Source: a virus (taxonomy: Duplodnaviria; Caudoviricetes). Taken from it: a stretch of 64,000 nucleotides of DNA. The stretch lies in the IMG/VR virus record IMGVR_UViG_3300020434_000055; one strand, given 5' to 3'. Position 1 is the stretch's first letter; each line of letters starts with the position of its first letter. Of the stretch, positions 57,105 to 64,000 are shown piece after piece. The notes beneath the pieces were generated by a model. That model was not told where the DNA came from. It worked only from the letters and a program-made list of their open reading frames with translations, and made no database searches. The position numbers and the translations under genes were made by a program.

Positions 57105-57589
57105 CAACAGAAAAATTCTTTGCAAAACCTATACTAGAAAGCAGATTTTGGATAGTTGAAAAACAAGGACATAAGGTAGGTACATTATGTAGACAAGAGG
57201 ATAGAAAATACTTGTATACCTGCGAAGACGGTACTAAAATATTTGATAATGAACAGCAATTAAAAAACAATTTTGATGGTGAATGGATGTGGGGTAGCAG
57301 TACTATTTCAAGCCCACATATTGAGCCCACAGAGCACCTAGTGTACAGTTTTCCTTGCAAGTTTAAACCTTGTAACATGGTATATGATGTTAAAAAGAAA
57401 TTACCATTGTTTACAAAAAGTAAAAAATCCAAATCCTTATATAGTGCTGGATACTATATTATTAGATTTGAAAAGGGGTGGGTAAGAAGTTTTTGCCCTA
57501 AATTAATAACTTTAGAAAGATATCCTAACAAAGGACCTTTCAAAACAACAGTAGAAATGAAACAGGAGTTAGCAAATGCCAACAGATGA
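57101..57589 (+). CDS. Hypothetical protein
   Basis: Coupled ORF. Confidence 0.55.
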   Translation: MTTEKFFAKPILESRFWIVEKQGHKVGTLCRQEDRKYLYTCEDGTKIFDNEQQLKNNFDGEWMWGSSTISSPHIEPTEHLVYSFPCKFKPCNMVYDVKKKLPLFTKSKKSKSLYSAGYYIIRFEKGWVRSFCPKLITLERYPNKGPFKTTVEMKQELANANR

Positions 57590-57812
57590 GCCCGTTAATA
57601 CAGCACCTATCCAACAATTTATTCAAAGAGTAAAAGCCGCGGACACCGGACATCAAAAAGAAGTAAAAATAGATATTGCAACTGCAAAAAATTTAACATA
57701 TTCTCTAGCAACTATACTAGCCAGACTTGCCGGAGACTACGAATCTATCATAACTAAACAATCGAAAGCCGAAGATACTATCAGTGTAAAAGCTGACGGT
57801 GGAAGCCTTTAG
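57576..57812 (+). CDS. Hypothetical protein
   Basis: AGGAG RBS. Confidence 0.5.
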   Translation: MPTDEPVNTAPIQQFIQRVKAADTGHQKEVKIDIATAKNLTYSLATILARLAGDYESIITKQSKAEDTISVKADGGSL

Positions 57813-57930
57813 TATAGACATCTATAACGGCGTTTCGAAATCATTAACTTAATACTTTTATTACACAAAAGAAGATTTATTACGATAAATATAGTATAAA
57901 GGTGTAAAAGAAAAGGGCATAGTAAAAGTT

Positions 57931-58221
57931 ATGAGTAGACCAAAGCCTACAATTATATTGGAACACGTAGATAAGAAAAGCTATAAATCTGAGCAAATTC
58001 TTAATGCGGAAGCCATCTGGGCAGTTTTTCATAAAAATAAACCTTTTAATCTTAAATCAGCAAATATGCTTAACAACTACCCTGGACCTAAATATAAAAA
58101 AGTTAGTTTTAGTAATCCTGGACACGCCTTTAATCTTGCCAAAAAATTGAATACTCTTTTCAACGTTGAAGAATTCACTGTAGTTAAACTTACTGCTGGT
58201 GAAACTGTCAACGAAAAATGA
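57931..58221 (+). CDS. Hypothetical protein
   Basis: After GATAAATA. Confidence 0.55.
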   Translation: MSRPKPTIILEHVDKKSYKSEQILNAEAIWAVFHKNKPFNLKSANMLNNYPGPKYKKVSFSNPGHAFNLAKKLNTLFNVEEFTVVKLTAGETVNEK

Positions 58222-58610
58222 ACTGGAAAGAAACCTACACAAAAATTTTCCTAAAACAAGCAGATATTAGTGTTAACCCTAATACCTTAAAAGAATACTT
58301 GCCACTATGGTGGAAAAATAATAGATCTAAAAATGTAGGCGGATTAAGATTAACAAATGATGGTTTAACTTTCCTACAAAAGAAACTTCAACTTAAAACA
58401 TACGAAGTACCATTCCCTATTGACTTTAGAGTTACTACCCAAGCCATAATTTTTTTAGATAGATTTATAAATTGTCCTTATTATCTAGCTGATGATGGAT
58501 TAATTTTAACTCAAGAAAAGAAAGCTATGGAATTAATGTTATTTTCTGGTGATATAAGAAAATATGGTATTAGTAAAGCTATGACTAGACTAGCCAATAA
58601 CGAAGATTAA
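58218..58610 (+). CDS. Hypothetical protein
   Basis: ATGA overlap. Confidence 0.55.
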   Translation: MNWKETYTKIFLKQADISVNPNTLKEYLPLWWKNNRSKNVGGLRLTNDGLTFLQKKLQLKTYEVPFPIDFRVTTQAIIFLDRFINCPYYLADDGLILTQEKKAMELMLFSGDIRKYGISKAMTRLANNED

Positions 58611-58636
58611 TCCAAAAATTCTCGGTAAATTAATAT

Positions 58637-59230
58637 ATGCAAATACGTAGAATAGCAATAACCGGCAATATGTCTGGAATAGGTAAATGCTTATACGAAA
58701 AATTTTATCCTTATTATGAATGTATTGGATTAGATAAAGAAAACGATAACGATATTCACGATACCAGAAAAGTTGTAGATAAATGTCTTAGTGCTGACGT
58801 ATTAATTAATAATGCATATGCATTTAATAAACAACACGAACTCTTATACCAATGGTGTAGTTTCAGCAAAGATAAACCTAAACTTGCAATTTCAATAGGT
58901 AGTGTTGTAACCGAGTTAGGTTTGTTTGATCATCGATTACCTAGTGAAAAATATTACATTGAAAAAATGAGATTAAAGAAAATAACTTATGAAGTTAATG
59001 GAAATGGAGGAAAATGTAAAGCTAGTATAATTTCTCCTGGTTTTGTTGACACAAATATAGATATGACATTCGAACAACCTACTGTTGTAGAGAAAACTGC
59101 AAGAATGTGGGAAATTTGTAAAGAAGCAAAAACTATATTATCCCCCAACGCAGTCTTTGATGCAGTGAAATTTGTCATAGATTCCTACGAAAAAGGCAAT
59201 TTAGTTACTCACGTCGTAATTAACAATTGA
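58637..59230 (+). CDS. Short-chain dehydrogenase/reductase-like protein
   Basis: ITGNMSGIG, LINNA, SIGS, YYIEK (YxxxK), ISPGFVDT. Confidence 0.8.
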   Translation: MQIRRIAITGNMSGIGKCLYEKFYPYYECIGLDKENDNDIHDTRKVVDKCLSADVLINNAYAFNKQHELLYQWCSFSKDKPKLAISIGSVVTELGLFDHRLPSEKYYIEKMRLKKITYEVNGNGGKCKASIISPGFVDTNIDMTFEQPTVVEKTARMWEICKEAKTILSPNAVFDAVKFVIDSYEKGNLVTHVVINN

Positions 59231-59260
59231 TCTATGCGGGTCATTTAAGCTTCTTTTCAT

Positions 59261-59289
59261 TTGACTTAATTACCAAAAGGTGCTATTAT
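59261..59289 (+). promoter_or_regulatory. Sigma70-type promoter (MoxR-VWA)
   Basis: TTGACT-17-TATTAT with TG. Confidence 0.7.
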
Positions 59290-59324
59290 TAATAATAAAC
59301 CAATTGTATTAAAAGGAGTACATA

Positions 59325-60443
59325 ATGGCACGAAGCAAACACACACAATCACAAGATTCTAGTTTAGCAACTAGACAATTAAGTCCAAATAAAGCAAAGG
59401 CAAGTATTTTACACGCCTTAAAAATCAAAAGACCAATCTTTTTATGGGGTGGTCCAGGTATTGGTAAATCTGACGTTGTTCGTCAAATTGCAGGAACTAT
59501 CAATGCTCATGTAATAGATATTAGATTAAGTTTATGGGAACCAACAGATATTAAAGGTATTCCATATTTTAATAGCAAATCAGAATCAATGGAATGGGCA
59601 TCTCCTTCAGAATTACCAAATGAAAAGATGTCTAAAAAGCACAAAAACATAATTCTATTTTTAGACGAAATGAATTCCGCGGCTCCAAGTGTTCAAGCGG
59701 CGGCTTACCAATTAATATTGAATAGAAAAGTAGGTACTTACGAACTACCAGAAAATGTTATGATAGTGGCGGCGGGTAATAGAGAAGCAGATAAAGGTAT
59801 TACTTACAGAATGCCGGCTCCATTAGCAAATAGATTCATCCATTTAGAAATGAAACCAGTATTTGACGATTGGTTTGAATGGGCAGTAGAAAATAACATT
59901 AACAAAGACGTTATAGGTTATCTGACTTTTAGCAAAAAAGATCTATATGATTTTGAACCAAAATCTTCTAATAGATCATTTGCTACTCCGAGATCTTGGT
60001 CATTTGTAAGTGAACTCTTATCAGATGATTTAGATGAAAACACTGTGACTGATTTAGTCAGCGGTGCTGTCGGCGAAGGACTTGCAGTTAAGTTCATGGC
60101 CCACAGAAAAGTGGCATCACAACTTCCTAACCCTTCTGATATTTTAGATGGTAAAGTAGAGAAGTTAAAAAGTAAAGAAATAAGTGCAATGTACTCCCTA
60201 ACTGTTTCTTTATGTTATGAACTAAAAGAGGCAAGTGATAAAAAAGATAAGAAGTTTAACGACAAAGTTGGAAAATTTCTTAGATTTATGATGGACAATT
60301 TTGACACTGAATTAGTTGTAATGGGTATTAAATTAGCTCTTACACAATATCAGTTACCTTTTGATCCTGATGCAATCAAATGCTTCGATGAGTTTCATGA
60401 AAAATACGGCAAGTATATTACAGCCGCTCAAAGCGCCGATTAA
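59325..60443 (+). CDS. MoxR-like AAA+ ATPase
   Basis: GGPGIGKS, LFLDEMN, AAGNR, LANRF, TPRSW. Confidence 0.88.
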   Translation: MARSKHTQSQDSSLATRQLSPNKAKASILHALKIKRPIFLWGGPGIGKSDVVRQIAGTINAHVIDIRLSLWEPTDIKGIPYFNSKSESMEWASPSELPNEKMSKKHKNIILFLDEMNSAAPSVQAAAYQLILNRKVGTYELPENVMIVAAGNREADKGITYRMPAPLANRFIHLEMKPVFDDWFEWAVENNINKDVIGYLTFSKKDLYDFEPKSSNRSFATPRSWSFVSELLSDDLDENTVTDLVSGAVGEGLAVKFMAHRKVASQLPNPSDILDGKVEKLKSKEISAMYSLTVSLCYELKEASDKKDKKFNDKVGKFLRFMMDNFDTELVVMGIKLALTQYQLPFDPDAIKCFDEFHEKYGKYITAAQSAD

Positions 60444-60450
60444 GTGTTTC

Positions 60451-60480
60451 GTTATAGGGTGCTCTCGGGTGCCCTATAAC
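60451..60480. other. Strong intercistronic hairpin
   Basis: GTTATAGGG...CCCTATAAC perfect 9-bp arms extended by G-U pairs; no U-tract follows. Confidence 0.6.
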
Positions 60481-60491
60481 ATAAAGGATTT

Positions 60492-61775
60492 ATGCCAGTA
60501 GCAACAAAAACAAAAACTAAAAAAATTAAAAAAATTAAAGAACCACCAGTTTTAAAACTCTCTGATGAAGAATATAGACAAATGAGAGCAGAAGTATTAG
60601 ATAAAATAATTGTAGCAAGAGTTGGACTATTATTAAGACATCCTTTCTTTGGTAATATGGCTACTAGATTACAAATAAAAGAATGTGATGATTGGTGTCC
60701 TACGGCGGCTACTGATGGTAGACACTTATATTATAATACAGAATTTTTTCACAAATTAAGCACTAAAGAAATTGAATTCGTAATAGGTCACGAAATATTA
60801 CATTGTGTTTTTAATCATTTACAAAGAAACGAAAATAGAAATAGAATGCTCTATAATATTGCGGCAGACTATCTAGTTAATAATACTTTATGTAGAGACA
60901 ATATAGGTGAAAAACCTAAAGGTATTCAAATATTTCAAGATTACAAATATGATGGATGGAGTTCTGAAGAAGTATATGATGACTTATTTAAAAATGCTAA
61001 AAAAATTGATATAAGCAAATTAGGAAAACTATTAGATGAACATATTGATTGGGAAAAAGGTCCTAATGGTAGTTCAGGTGGTAAGGATAAAAATGGTAAA
61101 AATAAACAACCTATAATAAGCAAAAAAGAAATGGAAAAAATTCAAAACGAAATTAAAGAGGGTATAATGCAATCAGCCCAAGCGGCAGGCCCAGATCATT
61201 TACCTGAAGAAATTGAAAGAATGATTAAAGATTTTGCTAATCCTAAAATGGATTGGAGAGAAATATTACAACAACAAATACAAAGTGTTATAAGAAACGA
61301 CTATACTTTTGCTAGACCTTCTAGAAAGGCTTGGCATTCAGGTATAATTTTACCAGCAACAGATTACGAAAAAACAATAGATATTTGTGTAGCAATAGAC
61401 ACATCAGGTTCTATTGAAGAACGACAATTAAAAACTTTTTTAAGTGAAATTCAAAGTATTATGGATCAATATAAAGATTATAATATTAAAATATGGTCTT
61501 TTGATACTAAAGTTTATAATGAACAAGACTTTACTGCTAGTGATGGTAATTTAGAAGACTATGACGCTAAAGGCGGCGGTGGAACAGATTTCATGGCAAA
61601 TTGGAGATATATGAAAGATAATGATATAGTTCCAAAAAAACTAATAGTATTCACAGATGGTTATCCTTGGGACGATTGGGGAGATCCTGATTATTGCGAT
61701 ACTATTTGGGTTCTTCATGAACATCAAAACAAAAACTTTGAAGCACCTTTTGGTATAACAACGCACTATGAATAA
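60492..61775 (+). CDS. Metallopeptidase-like/VWA-domain protein (MoxR partner)
   Basis: TAATDG, HEILH (HExxH), VAIDTSGS (MIDAS), GGGTDF, FTDG. Confidence 0.85.
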   Translation: MPVATKTKTKKIKKIKEPPVLKLSDEEYRQMRAEVLDKIIVARVGLLLRHPFFGNMATRLQIKECDDWCPTAATDGRHLYYNTEFFHKLSTKEIEFVIGHEILHCVFNHLQRNENRNRMLYNIAADYLVNNTLCRDNIGEKPKGIQIFQDYKYDGWSSEEVYDDLFKNAKKIDISKLGKLLDEHIDWEKGPNGSSGGKDKNGKNKQPIISKKEMEKIQNEIKEGIMQSAQAAGPDHLPEEIERMIKDFANPKMDWREILQQQIQSVIRNDYTFARPSRKAWHSGIILPATDYEKTIDICVAIDTSGSIEERQLKTFLSEIQSIMDQYKDYNIKIWSFDTKVYNEQDFTASDGNLEDYDAKGGGGTDFMANWRYMKDNDIVPKKLIVFTDGYPWDDWGDPDYCDTIWVLHEHQNKNFEAPFGITTHYE

Positions 61776-62062
61776 TGTTTCCAAAAACTAATATACCAAA
61801 TCCACTAAACTTTCTTAATTGTAGAAAATTTAATAAAAAACCAAAAGGAATGGAATTTATAGAAATTCTTAATTCTAGTCCTGACTCTGACAAACTAATA
61901 GAACAGTGGGTTATACAAAATTTAAAAAGTAGATACTATATTGGTAAACATATCAAAGTAAGCAAAACAGACAATCTCATACATTCTTTTTTGGTAGGAT
62001 TCGAAGATCCAAAAGAGATGAGTATATTCAATTTAAGTTGCCCTCACATTAAACTTCATTAA
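61775..62062 (+). CDS. Hypothetical protein
   Basis: Coupled ORF. Confidence 0.45.
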   Translation: MFPKTNIPNPLNFLNCRKFNKKPKGMEFIEILNSSPDSDKLIEQWVIQNLKSRYYIGKHIKVSKTDNLIHSFLVGFEDPKEMSIFNLSCPHIKLH

Positions 62063-62107
62063 ATATCTTCGTATACAATTAATAACAAATACGGAGAACA
62101 TATTAAT

Positions 62108-62440
62108 ATGACTGAGCAAACCAAAACAGATGCGGCAAAACAAACAACCGCACCAGCCGGTCCCGTTGGTCCAGATGGATCGAAAGGACAAATTGCTGGA
62201 GATTTGACTGTCCAAGATTTAGGAATAATCAAATCTATAATTGATGCGGCTTGCCAAAGAGGAGCATTTAAGGCAAATGAAATGCAGGCTGTTGGCGCCA
62301 CATATAATAAATTAGAATCTTTCTTAAACGTTGTACAAGCACAACAAAAAGATTTAACAAAAGATTCTAAAGGAACACCGGCTACTGCAACTGCAAAAGC
62401 CGATGCAAATGTTAATACACAGGTAGGAGGAAAAAAATAA
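62108..62440 (+). CDS. Hypothetical protein
   Basis: GGAG RBS. Confidence 0.55.
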   Translation: MTEQTKTDAAKQTTAPAGPVGPDGSKGQIAGDLTVQDLGIIKSIIDAACQRGAFKANEMQAVGATYNKLESFLNVVQAQQKDLTKDSKGTPATATAKADANVNTQVGGKK

Positions 62441-62982
62441 TGGCTGATCTTAAACACGTTGGACGACTTAAAGGCGGAGAACAAAAAGTTGTTGTAGTTT
62501 ATAGAACAATACCAGGCGATTCTAAATCTGCACTTGTAATAGAAACGGCAAAAATAGGTGCTAGTCCACACGACGCATTAATGAAAGTTGTCGAATCTAA
62601 TGAAGGTCAAACTTCTTTTGAACTTTACGAAGTTTTACAAAGAAGTAGATTACCAAGTGGTGATTTAATGTTGAATTCATTTCACACAAATGGCTTCATG
62701 AATAAAGTAGCTACAACTGAAATAGAAATGACACCAAATGCGAATACAGTTGTTCAATTAGATGAATTGAATAAAATTATCGCAACACAAAAAGGTGTAT
62801 CTATAGAAGAACTTGCTGTAAAAGGTACTACAGTTGAAGCAACTGTGCCTGCAGGTACTAAAGCTAATTTAACAGATAATCAAATCGCTGGAAAAATGAG
62901 AAGCGATGCTGATAGATTCTATAAAGAAGCCGCAAAATTAAGAAAAGACGCAGAAGCATTATCACCAACTAAAAAGAAGTAA
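62440..62982 (+). CDS. Hypothetical protein
   Basis: Coupled ORF. Confidence 0.55.
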   Translation: MADLKHVGRLKGGEQKVVVVYRTIPGDSKSALVIETAKIGASPHDALMKVVESNEGQTSFELYEVLQRSRLPSGDLMLNSFHTNGFMNKVATTEIEMTPNANTVVQLDELNKIIATQKGVSIEELAVKGTTVEATVPAGTKANLTDNQIAGKMRSDADRFYKEAAKLRKDAEALSPTKKK

Positions 62983-62988
62983 GATAAC

Positions 62989-63318
62989 GTGTCTGTCGTG
63001 GTGAAGTTTAATAAAAAGAAACTGCCCAAGGATGTGGTAGCTAGTTGGCCCGAAGTTTTTTCTGATTTAAATGTAGAAACAATTCCTGTCCAATATCTGT
63101 TATCAATAAAAGTATCCTTTAAAGATGGCAAAAATTGGGATATTAGGGTTAAACCTAATAGAAAAAACTTCACCAATGCTGACTTAGAACATACCTTAAC
63201 CGACCTATTTGCCACCCACGCAGGTACTATAAAAAACGTAGATTTTCGTCTAGACACTCAAAAAATTAAAAGAGACATCCAAAAACGCACTCATAGGTTC
63301 ATAAAGAAGAACAAATAG
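62989..63318 (+). CDS. Hypothetical protein (GTG start)
   Basis: ORF in operon context. Confidence 0.5.
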   Translation: MSVVVKFNKKKLPKDVVASWPEVFSDLNVETIPVQYLLSIKVSFKDGKNWDIRVKPNRKNFTNADLEHTLTDLFATHAGTIKNVDFRLDTQKIKRDIQKRTHRFIKKNK

Positions 63319-63396
63319 CAAAGCCTGTATTATGGTACCTGTGATAAATATCATAAATACATAGTAAGATAGGTATATTAAGGAGTAGCATTAAAA

Positions 63397-64000
63397 ATGG
63401 CATTTCAAGTAAGAAGAGGAAACACTACTGAAAGAGGAACAATCACACCTGCTGAAGGTGAGATAATCTACGATACACTATTAAAAAAGTTATTTGTAGG
63501 AGATGCTTCAACAGTAGGTGGTAATGCAGTAGATACTACAGTCTCAGCAGTATTCGCCAATATTGATGCGGATATGACTCCCGACTTACATAATACTCAC
63601 GACATAGGAACATCCGCTAAAAAATGGAAAGAATTCCATGGAGTAACATTTAACGATGGTACTGCTACAATAACAGGTGGAGTTGGTACAGGTTTTTCTT
63701 CTATTTCTTCAACTAACTTTGTAGGTAATACTGCAGGTGTTCACACTGGTGATACAGGTGGAGGTACACATACTGGTGCTGTAACTGGTGATGTTTTAGG
63801 AAACGTAACTGGTAACGTTTTAGGTGATATAACTGGTGATGTTTTTGATAATTCTGGTACTTTTAAAAGAGTAGATAAAGCTAATCCAATTATTTCTAAT
63901 AGTAAGATTTCTTTAAACGACAATATAATTGAATTACTAGGAGCCGGCAATTACGAACTAGTCCTTGGCAGAGATAATTCTGCTGATGGTATTGGAATTA
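63397..64000 (+). CDS. Tail fibre protein, 3'-truncated (not in ORF track)
   Basis: MAFQVRRGNTTERGTITPAEGEIIYDTLLKKLFVGD is a typical fibre N-terminus; G(N/D)VTG repeats; AAGGAG RBS and late promoters upstream. Confidence 0.75.
   Translation, partial: MAFQVRRGNTTERGTITPAEGEIIYDTLLKKLFVGDASTVGGNAVDTTVSAVFANIDADMTPDLHNTHDIGTSAKKWKEFHGVTFNDGTATITGGVGTGFSSISSTNFVGNTAGVHTGDTGGGTHTGAVTGDVLGNVTGNVLGDITGDVFDNSGTFKRVDKANPIISNSKISLNDNIIELLGAGNYELVLGRDNSADGIGI

Noticed and set aside
60451-60480. Rho-independent terminator
   Set aside because: No poly-U tract on either side, and it lies within a functionally coupled gene pair.
2643-62571. All minus-strand ORFs in the track (60-170 aa)
   Set aside because: Each lies antisense to a well-supported plus-strand gene, lacks motifs and RBS, and reads as shadow translation.
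1-64000. tRNA, rRNA, integrase, transposase, intron or intein
   Set aside because: Intergenic gaps are too short, no cloverleaf or such motifs were seen, and polB, clpA and thyX are of normal length.
1-64000. Alternative genetic code
   Set aside because: Conserved genes are full-length under the standard code and end mostly in TAA; no in-frame TAG or TGA interrupts conserved domains.

Overview
An AT-rich, intron-free 64 kb segment of a large T4-like tailed phage (myovirus-type). All credible genes lie on the + strand. The host is Gram-negative (endolysin plus i/o-spanin pair). An alphaproteobacterial, probably marine, host is inferred only from the style of bL12 and PurF. Layout: 1-14.3 kb tail and baseplate genes (a repeat-rich fibre, a subtilase, an Ig-domain baseplate gene broken by a frameshift). 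14.3-27 kb mini-DnaE, GroES, clamp loader, purF, thyX, SET protein, parvulin, lysis genes, DnaJ, PDF, ClpA. 27-35 kb late genes whose products share a T4 capsid-targeting-like N-terminus, some apparently modular polyproteins. 36-41 kb metabolic operon (queD, peroxiredoxin, NAD-dependent formate dehydrogenase, nitrilase-family hydrolase, guaC, rplL). 41-45 kb DNA polymerase B, exonuclease, clamp. 45-56 kb a 7-deazaguanine DNA-modification locus (TGT/DpdA, DpdL-like T-fold, folE, queE) interleaved with a glycosyltransferase, two oxidoreductases, PRTase, HIT, two SGNH-like proteins and ClpP. 56-64 kb RNase H, MoxR/VWA pair and the start of another fibre. The best candidate for a new system is a glycosylated or otherwise hypermodified 7-deazaguanine in phage DNA. 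The most striking sequence-level signal is apparent total avoidance of GCWGC. All assignments come from motif reading by eye; no database search was run. No tRNA, rRNA, CRISPR array or mobile element was seen.
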